Positions 9,149 through 18,242 of a DNA stretch of 64,000 nucleotides are shown piece after piece (position 1 is the first letter of the stretch; each line of letters starts with the position of its first letter). The stretch spans positions 14-64,013 of the forward strand of contig CAVGKZ010000089.1 of the NCBI GenBank assembly GCA_963630025.1. Reading direction: 5' to 3'. Made by a program: the position numbers and the translations under genes. Origin of the DNA: a bacterium. Its GTDB lineage: Bacteria > Bacteroidota > Bacteroidia > Bacteroidales > Bacteroidaceae. The notes below the pieces were generated by a model that saw nothing but the letters and a program-made list of their open reading frames with translations, searched no databases and had not been told where the DNA came from.

Positions 9149-11332
9149 ATGACAGAAAAGGTAGATCTTTCAGCAACTCTGAAGCGGCACTTCGGCTTTG
9201 ACAAGTTCAAAGGCGACCAGGAGGCGATTATCCGGAATGTGCTCGACGGCAACGATACGTTTGTGTTGATGCCGACGGGCGGAGGAAAGTCGCTGTGCTA
9301 CCAGTTGCCGTCGCTGCTCATGGAAGGAACTGCCATTGTCATATCGCCACTGATAGCCCTGATGAAAAACCAGGTTGACTTCATAAGCAACCTGAGCGAC
9401 GTGGAGGGAGTGGCCCACTACCTCAACTCGTCGCTGAACAAGGCAGCCATAGACCAGGTGCGCCGCGACATCGTTGAGGGACGCACCAAACTGCTGTATG
9501 TAGCTCCCGAATCGCTGACCAAAGAGGACAATGTTTCGTTTCTCAAGTCGGTGAAGATTTCGTTCTATGCCGTTGACGAGGCTCACTGTATATCGGAGTG
9601 GGGACACGATTTCCGTCCGGAATACCGTCGCATACGTCCAATCATCAACGAAATTGGCAACGCCCCGATAATCGCACTTACGGCAACGGCAACCGACAAG
9701 GTGCGCACTGACATAAAGAAGAACCTTGGAATCGTTGACGCGAAGGAATTCAAGAGTTCGTTCAACCGTCCTAACCTCTACTATGAGGTGCGCCCAAAGA
9801 CAAAAAACATTGACAGGGACATCATAAAGTTCATCCGAAACAATTCCGGCAAGAGCGGCATCATATATTGCCTCTCAAGGAAGAAGGTGGAGGAGCTTGC
9901 CGCCGTGCTGTGCGCCAACGACATCAAGGCGGCTCCGTATCATGCCGGACTTGACACAGCCACGCGCTCGCAAACGCAGGACAACTTCCTTATGGAGAAG
10001 TTCGACGTCATTGTGGCCACCATCGCCTTTGGAATGGGCATCGACAAGCCCGACGTGCGCTTCGTGATACACTACGACATTCCGAAAAGTCTTGAGGGAT
10101 ACTATCAGGAAACGGGACGTGCCGGACGCGACGGAGGCGAGGGGCAGTGCATCGCATTCTATTCATACAAGGACCTCCAGAAGCTCGACAAGTTCATGGA
10201 GGGCAAGCCCGTGGCCGAACAGGACATCGGCAGGCAGTTGCTGCAGGAGACTGCGGCGTATGCGGAGACTTCAGTTTGCCGTCGCAAGATGCTGCTCCAC
10301 TACTTCGGAGAGGAATACGACAAGGACAACTGCCACAACTGTGACAACTGTCTGCACCCGAAAAAGAAGATTGAAGCCGGACACGAACTGGAAATAGCCT
10401 TGCGCGCCATATCGGCAATCAAGGAGAACTTCCGTTCGGACTACGTGATAAACTTCATCCTCGGACGGGAAACCGACGAGATTCTTGCACACAAGCACAA
10501 CGAACTGGAGGAGTTCGGCTCTGGCGAGGATGAGGACGAGAAGGTTTGGGCACCGCTTTTGCGCCAAGCCCTCATTGCCGGATATCTGAAAAAGGAGGTT
10601 GAAAACTACGGTTTGCTCAAGATAACCGCCGCAGGACGCAAATTCATCAAGTCGCCCAAGTCGTTCATGATTGTGGAGGACCAGAATTTTGACGACGTTG
10701 ACAACTCGTCAACCGACGGCGACGGTGGCACAAGTGCCCTTGACCCAGTGCTCAGCGCCATGCTGAAAGACTTGCGCAAAAAGGTGGCACGGTCTCTCAA
10801 CAGACCTCCGTATGTCATTTTCCAGGACGTGTCGATTGAACAGATGGCCACGGAATATCCCGTTACGCTCGAAGAACTGAAGAACATTCAGGGTGTGGGC
10901 GAGGGCAAGGCCAAACATCCTTACGCCAAGCAGTTTGTTGACCTCATAAAGAAATACTGCGAGGAGAACGGCATCGAACGGCAGACCGACCTTCGGGTGC
11001 GCACTGTGGCCAAGAAGTCGATGCTTAAGGTGAGCATCATACAAAGCATCGACCGCAAAGTGGCTCTTGACGACATCGCTAAAGCCAAGGGAATAGAGTT
11101 TGAGGAGTTGCTCAACGAGCTGGAGGCCATCGTCTATTCGGGCACCAAGCTCAACATTGACTATTTCCTTGACGACATAATGGACGAGGAACACATAGGC
11201 GAGATTTACGATTATTTCTGCGAATCGGAAACCGACGACCTTGAAGCAGCTTTGGACGAACTTGGCAGCGACAGTTCCGAGAACGAAATACGCCTGGTTC
11301 GCATCAAGTTCATGTCGGAAATGGCAAACTGA
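9149..11332 (+). CDS. recQ: ATP-dependent DNA helicase RecQ
   Basis: Motif I PTGGGKSL, DEAH box AVDEAHCISEWGHDFRPEY, a Zn-binding Cys cluster (CRRK..CHNCDNC) and a C-terminal HRDC-like region. Confidence 0.9.
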   Translation: MTEKVDLSATLKRHFGFDKFKGDQEAIIRNVLDGNDTFVLMPTGGGKSLCYQLPSLLMEGTAIVISPLIALMKNQVDFISNLSDVEGVAHYLNSSLNKAAIDQVRRDIVEGRTKLLYVAPESLTKEDNVSFLKSVKISFYAVDEAHCISEWGHDFRPEYRRIRPIINEIGNAPIIALTATATDKVRTDIKKNLGIVDAKEFKSSFNRPNLYYEVRPKTKNIDRDIIKFIRNNSGKSGIIYCLSRKKVEELAAVLCANDIKAAPYHAGLDTATRSQTQDNFLMEKFDVIVATIAFGMGIDKPDVRFVIHYDIPKSLEGYYQETGRAGRDGGEGQCIAFYSYKDLQKLDKFMEGKPVAEQDIGRQLLQETAAYAETSVCRRKMLLHYFGEEYDKDNCHNCDNCLHPKKKIEAGHELEIALRAISAIKENFRSDYVINFILGRETDEILAHKHNELEEFGSGEDEDEKVWAPLLRQALIAGYLKKEVENYGLLKITAAGRKFIKSPKSFMIVEDQNFDDVDNSSTDGDGGTSALDPVLSAMLKDLRKKVARSLNRPPYVIFQDVSIEQMATEYPVTLEELKNIQGVGEGKAKHPYAKQFVDLIKKYCEENGIERQTDLRVRTVAKKSMLKVSIIQSIDRKVALDDIAKAKGIEFEELLNELEAIVYSGTKLNIDYFLDDIMDEEHIGEIYDYFCESETDDLEAALDELGSDSSENEIRLVRIKFMSEMAN

Positions 11333-11392
11333 GGTTCCGTTTCCAGTCTTCCGGACGCTCAATTCCGCACACCAACCATGCCATAAGTAATG

Positions 11393-11563
11393 TTCAAAGA
11401 ATAAGTTCCTCAAGTTTGTCCTGTATTTTAGGCGGTTTTGCCGGCTTCTTTGAAGGAGCATAGCGGGCTATGTGACAGAAAAGAAGTCGCAAAAACGACA
11501 AAAAGACAGGGCATGAAAACTACAGAATGTGCATCCGCAAACTTGTGGAAGTTATTCTTTGAA
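11393..11563. repeat. long imperfect palindrome, family E (ttcaaagaataagttcctcaagtttg ... caaacttgtggaagttattctttgaa)
   Basis: The 26-bp terminal inverted repeats match at 24/26 positions. The centre gcatagcgggctatg resembles the centre of 8945-9140. Confidence 0.65.
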
Positions 11564-11618
11564 TATTACTAAAGGCTCGTTTTTCGGATAAACGCTTGTA
11601 TGTATGGATAAAAACGAG

Positions 11619-11626
11619 TACCTTTG
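11619..11626 (+). promoter_or_regulatory. candidate -7 box TAccTTTG upstream of rplY
   Basis: gagTAccTTTGcaccgc. The same extended motif precedes the MFS gene (47255) and the B12 riboswitch (49150). Confidence 0.4.
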
Positions 11627-11718
11627 CACCGCTTTTTCAAACATCAGATGAAAGTAAGTGTGATGGTGAATTGAGCAAATAGTACAAACTTAATTTTAGA
11701 GTAACACAATCAACAATT

Positions 11719-12333
11719 ATGAAAGAGATCAACATCTCGGGCAAATTCCGCACCGAAGTGGGCAAGAAAGCCGCAAAGAGTCTGCGTAAAGAGGGAATGA
11801 TTCCCTGCAATCTGTACGGTGAAAAGCGTGGCGAAGACGGACTTCCCGTTGCCACATCTATCGTATGCCCCATGAACGAGCTGCGCAAGGTGGTGTTCAC
11901 ACCCCACATCTATGTAATAAACCTTTTGATTGACGGTGAGAGCCACACTGCAATCCTGAAGGAGCTGCAGTTCCATCCCGTGACAGACGCTCTGCTTCAC
12001 GTTGACTTCTATGAGGTGAACGACCAGAAGCCTATCACAATCGGTATTCCCGTTAAACTCAACGGTTTGGCACAGGGTGTGCGCGACGGTGGCCGTATCA
12101 ACCTTTCTATCCGCAAAATCAACGTTACTGCACCATATCAGATTATCCCTGAACACCTCGACATTGACGTGACCAAGCTCCAGCTCGGCAAGAGCATCAA
12201 GGTTGGCGAACTGAGCTTCGAGGGTCTTGAGTTGGCAACACCTGCAGAAGTTGTGGTTTGCTCGGTTAAGACAACCCGTGCCTCTAAGTCGGCAGCGGCT
12301 GCAGCGGCGGCTTCTACAGCGGCAGCAGAGTAA
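11719..12333 (+). CDS. rplY: 50S ribosomal protein L25 / general stress protein Ctc
   Basis: N-terminal block ..FRTEVGKKAAKSLRKEGMIPCNLYG.. and an Ala-rich C-terminal tail. Followed by pth, as in many bacteria. Confidence 0.85.
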   Translation: MKEINISGKFRTEVGKKAAKSLRKEGMIPCNLYGEKRGEDGLPVATSIVCPMNELRKVVFTPHIYVINLLIDGESHTAILKELQFHPVTDALLHVDFYEVNDQKPITIGIPVKLNGLAQGVRDGGRINLSIRKINVTAPYQIIPEHLDIDVTKLQLGKSIKVGELSFEGLELATPAEVVVCSVKTTRASKSAAAAAAASTAAAE

Positions 12334-12903
12334 ATGGACAAGTACTTGATAGTTGGCTTGGGAAATGTCGGTGACGAATACGACATGACCCGCCATAATA
12401 CAGGATTTATGGTATTGGACGCTTTCGCAAAGGCGTCCAATATTGTTTTTGACGACCGGCGCTATGGTTTCGTTGCCGAGACAAGCGTGAAAGGACGCAA
12501 ACTGTTTCTGCTCAAACCGAGCACGTTCATGAACCTTAGCGGAAACGCCGTGCGCTACTGGCTCAACAAGGAAAATATCGACATCAGCCGGCTTCTCGTC
12601 ATTGTCGACGACCTTGCTCTGCCTTTGGGTACGCTCAGGCTTAAACCGTCGGGCAGCAACGCCGGTCACAACGGGTTGGGCAACATCCAGTCTGTGCTTG
12701 GCACAGAACGCTACTGCCGCCTGCGAGTGGGCATAGGCAACGATTTTCCGCGCGGAATGCAGGTGGAATGGGTGCTTGGACGCTACAATCGGGACGAGCT
12801 GAACATACTGCAACCGAAGATTGAAACGGCTTGCGAAATAATCAAGAGTTTCGTCTTGGCCGGCGTGGACATCACGATGAACGCATACAACAAGAAAGGA
12901 TAG
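12334..12903 (+). CDS. pth: peptidyl-tRNA hydrolase
   Basis: [21 protein letters not shown] and ..[24 protein letters not shown].. signature blocks. Confidence 0.9.
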   Translation: MDKYLIVGLGNVGDEYDMTRHNTGFMVLDAFAKASNIVFDDRRYGFVAETSVKGRKLFLLKPSTFMNLSGNAVRYWLNKENIDISRLLVIVDDLALPLGTLRLKPSGSNAGHNGLGNIQSVLGTERYCRLRVGIGNDFPRGMQVEWVLGRYNRDELNILQPKIETACEIIKSFVLAGVDITMNAYNKKG

Positions 12904-12904
12904 T

Positions 12905-13324
12905 ATGGCCAACGAGGCAAGAGTGGACAAATGGCTGTGGGCAGCACGAATATACAAGACCCGTTCGCTCGCAGCTGACGCTTGCAAGAACGGGCGCATC
13001 ACGGTGAACGGCGCCAACGTGAAACCATCACACATGGTGAAGGTGGGCGAGACGGTCAGCGTGCGCAAGTCGCCCGTGACCTATTCGTTCCGTATTCTGC
13101 AGGCCATAGAGCAGCGTGTCGGTGCGAAACTCCTGCCACAGGTGTACGAAAACGTCACTCCGCCCGACCAATACGAGTTGCTTGAAATGGCACGCATCAG
13201 CGGTTTCGTAGACCGTGCACGCGGAACTGGTCGCCCAACAAAGAAAGAACGCCGTTCGCTCGATGCCTTCATCGACCCTGCGGCGTGCGGCTTTGACGAC
13301 TGGGACGACGGTCTTGACGACTGA
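12905..13324 (+). CDS. hslR: S4-domain RNA-binding heat-shock protein Hsp15-like
   Basis: RVDKWLWAARIYKTRSLAADACKNGRITVNG is a typical S4/Hsp15 N-terminus. 139 aa. Confidence 0.7.
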   Translation: MANEARVDKWLWAARIYKTRSLAADACKNGRITVNGANVKPSHMVKVGETVSVRKSPVTYSFRILQAIEQRVGAKLLPQVYENVTPPDQYELLEMARISGFVDRARGTGRPTKKERRSLDAFIDPAACGFDDWDDGLDD

Positions 13325-13489
13325 TTCTTTGACGGTCTCAGTCCACCCGAAGCGGATTCTGATGCTGTTTGAACGGCGTTTGAAGGACCGAAATGCGAGA
13401 ATGGCGCTTGTGGAAAGCAAGAATTGAGCTTATGAAAAGATGTTGCTATATATAATATGTGTAACACTTTTAACTGAAAGGAAAGATTT

Positions 13490-14569
13490 ATGAGAGTACT
13501 GAAAACAATGTTTGCCGTCGCAGTTGTGACTACTATGATGTTGTCATGCACCAGTGCCAGCGACCAGTATGCCGGTTTCACGAGCGTAAACTATACGCCC
13601 AAGGTCTACGCCAACACAAGTTACGGACACATCGCCTTTGCAAGCTACGGCAAGTGGGCACTCGAAAAGAGCACAACATCCGACTGGTGTACCGTAAAGG
13701 TAACGAGCGGCAGTGCCATGACGTACAACTACATCCCCGTGTTTTTCTCCAAAAACGCCACGGAGAACGCTCGTTCGTGCCAGATGACAGTGCGCGATGT
13801 TGACGAAGGTAATGCCTATGTATCGTTCGGCATCACGCAATATGCGGTGCGAGGCGACGGAAGCCTCGGCAATTCACCGCTTGTGAGCGAAATAAAGGGA
13901 GACGACGGCAGCGAGATAGCCATAGCCTACGACACGTTGAGCCGTCCGACATCGGTAAAAATCTCCAATGGAGAAACCGTCTACCGCGATATGCCTATCG
14001 TCTGGGGTGATACCACTGTGACGATAGCTGGCAATACGGTGAAATACAGTGTCGGCTATCAGCCCAACACAATTGTCACCTCTACAGACACAGTAGGCTA
14101 CTTCAACAACTATGAGAGCAACGCCCTTTGGTCGTTCAGCTTTCAGGAGCGCAGATCCAGCGGCGACTACTACGGCCACGGTTTCCTGTTCACAAAAGAC
14201 CTCGACAAGGTGGCCAATCCCGACACCGACACACGTTGTTCCGACAGTTTGCGCTATGTGCACCACTATTCTGACGGCACGGTTGTGAAGGATTTCCTCA
14301 AGATGACATATAGTGCGACCGACAACCGTCGCCAATCGGTGGATGCAAACCAACTGCTTTTCGGTGCGAAGGAGTGCAGTCCCTACCTGTTGCTCGGCCT
14401 TTATCGCTATGCAAGAGCAACAAAAGTGGTGTCTGAGGCCACCGCTTCCGACGGAAAATACTCTGTGGAAACGACGCTCAATGCTGACAAGAGTATCCAC
14501 ACCATGACCGTTACCGACAAGCAGGGCGGCAAGGTGACATACACTTTCAGCTACTATACCGCTGCCTAA
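13490..14569 (+). CDS. hypothetical lipoprotein with an N-terminal BACON-like domain
   Basis: Signal peptide with a lipobox (..MMLSC at Cys20). The segment W..DWCTVKVTSG...NATENARSCQMTVRD resembles BACON domains. The rest is unrecognised. Confidence 0.6.
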   Translation: MRVLKTMFAVAVVTTMMLSCTSASDQYAGFTSVNYTPKVYANTSYGHIAFASYGKWALEKSTTSDWCTVKVTSGSAMTYNYIPVFFSKNATENARSCQMTVRDVDEGNAYVSFGITQYAVRGDGSLGNSPLVSEIKGDDGSEIAIAYDTLSRPTSVKISNGETVYRDMPIVWGDTTVTIAGNTVKYSVGYQPNTIVTSTDTVGYFNNYESNALWSFSFQERRSSGDYYGHGFLFTKDLDKVANPDTDTRCSDSLRYVHHYSDGTVVKDFLKMTYSATDNRRQSVDANQLLFGAKECSPYLLLGLYRYARATKVVSEATASDGKYSVETTLNADKSIHTMTVTDKQGGKVTYTFSYYTAA

Positions 14570-14574
14570 GCATC

Positions 14575-15159
14575 ATGAACATAGCCATATTCGTGTCGGG
14601 CAACGGTACCAACTGCGAGAACATCATCCGCCACTTCGCCTCTTGCGAGACTTCAAAGGTGGCTTTGGTGCTTAGCAACCGTGCAGACGCTTATGCTATA
14701 ACACGTGCCGAATCCTTGGGCGTGCCAGTCGAGGTATTGCCCAAGGCCGACTTTTCCGACGAGACCCGGCTCATGGATGTGCTCAATTCCTATAAGATTG
14801 ACTTCATCGTGCTGGCAGGTTTCCTGCTTATGGTGCCCGGATTTCTCCTGCGCCACTATCCGCATAGGATAATAAACATCCATCCGTCTCTTCTGCCCAA
14901 GTATGGCGGACGCGGAATGTACGGACGTCATGTGCACGAAGCAGTCTTCGCCAACCACGAGAGCGAGACCGGCATCACCATCCACTACGTCGGAGAAGTG
15001 TGCGACGGCGGCGAAATACTCTTTCAGGCCAAGACGCAACTCTTGCCGGATGACACTCCAGATGATATTGCAGCCAAGGTGCATAGTCTGGAAATGCGAT
15101 ACTATCCCGAAGTGATAGAGCGAGCCATTGAAAGCGCGGCTCAAACTTCAACGAAATAG
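14575..15159 (+). CDS. purN: phosphoribosylglycinamide formyltransferase
   Basis: IAIFVSGNGTN.., ..NIHPSLLPKYGG.., 194 aa. Confidence 0.85.
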   Translation: MNIAIFVSGNGTNCENIIRHFASCETSKVALVLSNRADAYAITRAESLGVPVEVLPKADFSDETRLMDVLNSYKIDFIVLAGFLLMVPGFLLRHYPHRIINIHPSLLPKYGGRGMYGRHVHEAVFANHESETGITIHYVGEVCDGGEILFQAKTQLLPDDTPDDIAAKVHSLEMRYYPEVIERAIESAAQTSTK

Positions 15160-15164
15160 AAGAA

Positions 15165-15206
15165 AAAGGAGTCATTGTCTAACCTCCTCTAAAAAACAAC
15201 AATATG
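15165..15206 (+). promoter_or_regulatory. candidate class I preQ1 riboswitch (H-type pseudoknot) abutting the yhhQ start codon
   Basis: AGGAG-UC-AUUGU-CUAAC-CUCCU-CUAAAAAACA-ACAAU-AUG. P1 is AGGAG/CUCCU, P2 is AUUGU/ACAAU, with an A-rich L3. The downstream genes are a preQ0/preQ1 transporter family member and queF. Confidence 0.6.
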
Positions 15207-15890
15207 AACAAACAAAGTCAACAAGTCAGTGTGCTGTTTATGCTTTTCGGCATACTGTTCTGCGTCTGCCTAATCACGGCAAACGTGCTCGAAACAAAGC
15301 AAATGGTTTTCGGTCCAGTTACAATCACAGGAGGCCTTCTGGTGTTCCCAGTGTCTTACATCATCAACGACTGCGTGTGCGAAGTGTGGGGCTACGGCCG
15401 CGCCCGACTGCTCATCTGGATGGGTTTTCTCATGAACTTCATGTTCGTCGCTTTCGGAGCGTTGGCAGATGCCATACCCGGTGCGCCATTCTGGGACAAC
15501 GATGCCGGCTTCCATGCCGTGTTCGGACTGGCTCCCCGTGTGGCGGCAGCGTCCTTCTTGGCGTTTCTCGTCGGGTCGTTTGTCAATGCCTATGTGATGA
15601 GCCGCATGAAAATCTCGTCGGCAGGACGCAAGTTTTCGGCTCGTGCCATACTCAGCACCGTTTATGGCGAGACAGCCGATTCGCTCATTTTCTTCCCTCT
15701 CGCCCTGCTCGGCGTGGTGCCTCTTAGCTCCATGCCGTCGCTAATAGTGTCGCAGGTGGTACTGAAAACGCTCTATGAAATCGTTGTTCTGCCAATAACC
15801 ATCCGTGTGGTTGCCTTTGCAAAGAAGCACGAAGGTGAGGATGTCTACGACCGAGGTATTAGTTATAATGTGTTCAAACTGAAATTCTGA
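15204..15890 (+). CDS. yhhQ: queuosine precursor transporter (YhhQ/vitamin uptake transporter family)
   Basis: Multi-TM protein with the block ..FPVSYIINDCVCEVWGYGRARLLIW.. typical of YhhQ. Adjacent to queF. Confidence 0.75.
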   Translation: MNKQSQQVSVLFMLFGILFCVCLITANVLETKQMVFGPVTITGGLLVFPVSYIINDCVCEVWGYGRARLLIWMGFLMNFMFVAFGALADAIPGAPFWDNDAGFHAVFGLAPRVAAASFLAFLVGSFVNAYVMSRMKISSAGRKFSARAILSTVYGETADSLIFFPLALLGVVPLSSMPSLIVSQVVLKTLYEIVVLPITIRVVAFAKKHEGEDVYDRGISYNVFKLKF

Positions 15891-15896
15891 TTAGCT

Positions 15897-16370
15897 ATGC
15901 AGCAAGAAACGAGACAGAACGAGGGACTCCACGCCCTCGGATCTGCCACAAAATATTCGATGGACTACGCTCCGGAAGTGCTCGAAACGTTTACCAACAA
16001 ACACCGTGACAACGACTATTGGGTGCAGTTTAACTGCCCGGAGTTCACGTCTCTGTGTCCTATCACCGGCCAACCGGACTTCGCCGAGATAAAAATCCTC
16101 TATCTGCCCGACGAAAAGATGGTGGAGAGCAAGAGTCTGAAACTCTATCTCTTCAGTTTCCGCAATCATGGTGATTTCCACGAAGACTGTGTGAACATCA
16201 TCATGAAAGACTTGATAAAGCTCATGCAGCCCAAATATATTGAGGTTATAGGCATATTCACTCCTCGTGGGGGCATAAGCATCTATCCTTACGCCAACTA
16301 TGGCCAACCGGGAACCAAGTATGAAACCTTAGCGTGGCAGCGTCTGGCTGACCACAAACCATTCGGTTGA
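15897..16370 (+). CDS. queF: NADPH-dependent 7-cyano-7-deazaguanine (preQ0) reductase QueF
   Basis: Catalytic Cys block [17 protein letters not shown] and QueF motif ..[16 protein letters not shown]... Confidence 0.85.
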   Translation: MQQETRQNEGLHALGSATKYSMDYAPEVLETFTNKHRDNDYWVQFNCPEFTSLCPITGQPDFAEIKILYLPDEKMVESKSLKLYLFSFRNHGDFHEDCVNIIMKDLIKLMQPKYIEVIGIFTPRGGISIYPYANYGQPGTKYETLAWQRLADHKPFG

Positions 16371-16504
16371 CAATAACGAATCAGCCTTTCTGCGCAAGTT
16401 CTGAATAGCACCACCGTAAAACACGACGACTGCACCGTCAGCACGGATAGCGGCAAGACGTAATAAAGATATAATCACAATAGTAAGAAAGATTGTTTCA
16501 AACA

Positions 16505-16900
16505 ATGGTAATCAGACAACTCGCCATTCTCTTCGGATGTCTCGCCTTGGGCGAACTGATCATCCACCTCACAGGCGTGCCCTTGCCGTCGAGCATATTG
16601 GGCATGCTGGTGCTCACGCTACTGCTCAAACTGAAGGTGATACGCCTTGAGTGGGTACAGGGCTTGGCAGACTTTCTCGTGGCCAACATCGGTTTCTTCT
16701 TCGTGCCACCAGGCGTGGCGGTGATGCTCTATTTCGACATTATCAAGGCTCAACTGTGGCCGATAGTCACTGCCACTGTGGTGTCCACGGTGATTGTGCT
16801 GGCCGTCACGGGATGGGTTCACCAGCTCTACGGCACCACATCGCAAAAGGTTCGCCATCACTTTCACGGCGACGAGGATGAGGAAGGAGGCGACGAATGA
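16505..16900 (+). CDS. CidA/LrgA family holin-like membrane protein
   Basis: Small 4-TM protein that overlaps the following LrgB-family gene by 4 nt. I prefer the ATG at 16505 to the TTG at 16493. Confidence 0.7.
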   Translation: MVIRQLAILFGCLALGELIIHLTGVPLPSSILGMLVLTLLLKLKVIRLEWVQGLADFLVANIGFFFVPPGVAVMLYFDIIKAQLWPIVTATVVSTVIVLAVTGWVHQLYGTTSQKVRHHFHGDEDEEGGDE

Positions 16901-17589
16901 GCTACTTCTCCAACGAATTTTTCCTCATTGCCCTCACCTTCGGCACTTATTTCTTTGGCAAACTGCTGCGCAAGTGGACGGGCTGGGTCATTATGAACCC
17001 CATTCTCGTGGCCATAACGCTTATGATTGCGTTTCTGAAGATAACTGGCGTGAGCTACGAAACCTACAACGAGGGTGGCCACTTGATAGAGTTCTGGCTG
17101 CGTCCGGCGGTTGTTGCGCTCGGAGTGCCACTCTATCTGCAACTCGGAACCATCAAGAAGAACCTCGCACCCATACTCGTGGCCGAACTGGCTGGATGCG
17201 TGGCCGGAATAGTGTCGGTGGTTTACATAGCAAAGAAGATGGGAGCGTCGCGCGAAGTGATACTCTCGCTCGCCCCGAAGTCGGTCACCACCCCAATAGC
17301 GATGGAGGTGACAAAGGCCGTGGGTGGCATACCTTCGCTCACCGCAGCAGTAGTGGTGTGCGTAGGACTGATGTGCGCCGTGTGCGGATATAAGACAATG
17401 GGATTCGCCCACGTGAAGAGTCCCGTGGCGCAAGGCTTGTCGATGGGCACTGCTGCCCACGCAATGGGTACTGCCACGGCTATGGGTGTGAACCAGATAC
17501 ACGGTGCCTACGCAAGTCTCGGACTGACGCTCAACGGCATTTTCACCTCACTGCTCACCCCGTCAATAATCCCTTTGCTCGGCGTATGA
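16897..17589 (+). CDS. LrgB/CidB family membrane protein
   Basis: 230-aa polytopic protein, ..SLAPKSVTTPIAMEV.. block, coupled to the LrgA-like gene. Confidence 0.75.
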   Translation: MSYFSNEFFLIALTFGTYFFGKLLRKWTGWVIMNPILVAITLMIAFLKITGVSYETYNEGGHLIEFWLRPAVVALGVPLYLQLGTIKKNLAPILVAELAGCVAGIVSVVYIAKKMGASREVILSLAPKSVTTPIAMEVTKAVGGIPSLTAAVVVCVGLMCAVCGYKTMGFAHVKSPVAQGLSMGTAAHAMGTATAMGVNQIHGAYASLGLTLNGIFTSLLTPSIIPLLGV

Positions 17590-17630
17590 CGCACCGCAAA
17601 GGCTTCGGCCTTACGGAGTTTTTGTATACC

Positions 17631-17706
17631 TTTGTATAAGATAAGCTGCACTCGGCAATATGAAAGTGCACTTCCATTGCGCTCGATTGCACTATCTTTG
17701 TATAAG
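17631..17706 (+). repeat. family D 66-bp promoter-bearing repeat (one unit flanked by duplicated TTTGTATAAG)
   Basis: tttgtataag at 17631 and again at 17697 (period 66). The core ..ctgcactcggcaa..gcgctcgattgcacTAtcTTTG ends 30 nt before the phosphatase ATG. Confidence 0.7.
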
Positions 17707-17729
17707 CTAACCTCTAAAAACCAAGCGAA

Positions 17730-18242
17730 ATGGCACTCGAAAACGACAAGCAATATAAGGTTTTGTTCATCTGTCTGGGCAACATCTGCCGCTCTCCTGC
17801 GGCCGAAGGCATAATGAAGCACATTGTAAGCGAAGCAGGGGACAGTGACAGATTCACTATCGACTCGGCCGGCATGGGCGACTGGCACGTGGGGCAACTG
17901 CCCGACCGCCGCATGAGAAACCATGGCCAGAGCCACGGATATACGTTTGACAGTCGCGCAAGGCAGTTTTCAAAGGCCGACTTCAACCGCTTCGACACCA
18001 TTGTCACCATGGACAACGACAACTACCAGGCCGTGACAGCCTTGGCATCTACCGCAGAGGACAAGGCCAAGGTGGTGCGCATGGCCGACTATCTCACCCA
18101 TCATCCCGGGCAAACCACAGTACCCGACCCGTACTACGGCGGCGACAAGGACTTTGAACTGGTGATAGAACTGCTCGAAGACGCCTGTCTTGGTCTGTAC
18201 AAAAGTCTAACCCACAAGCAATCGTCACGACAATGGAGATGA
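17730..18242 (+). CDS. low-molecular-weight protein-tyrosine phosphatase
   Basis: Active site CLGNICRSP (C-X5-R-S) and a DPYYG loop. Confidence 0.85.
   Translation: MALENDKQYKVLFICLGNICRSPAAEGIMKHIVSEAGDSDRFTIDSAGMGDWHVGQLPDRRMRNHGQSHGYTFDSRARQFSKADFNRFDTIVTMDNDNYQAVTALASTAEDKAKVVRMADYLTHHPGQTTVPDPYYGGDKDFELVIELLEDACLGLYKSLTHKQSSRQWR

Noticed and set aside
15167-15171. AGGAG upstream of yhhQ as a Shine-Dalgarno sequence.
   Set aside because: It lies 33 nt from the ATG, too far for a ribosome-binding site, and Bacteroidetes mostly lack SD-dependent initiation. It pairs with CUCCU 12 nt downstream as P1 of the proposed preQ1 pseudoknot.
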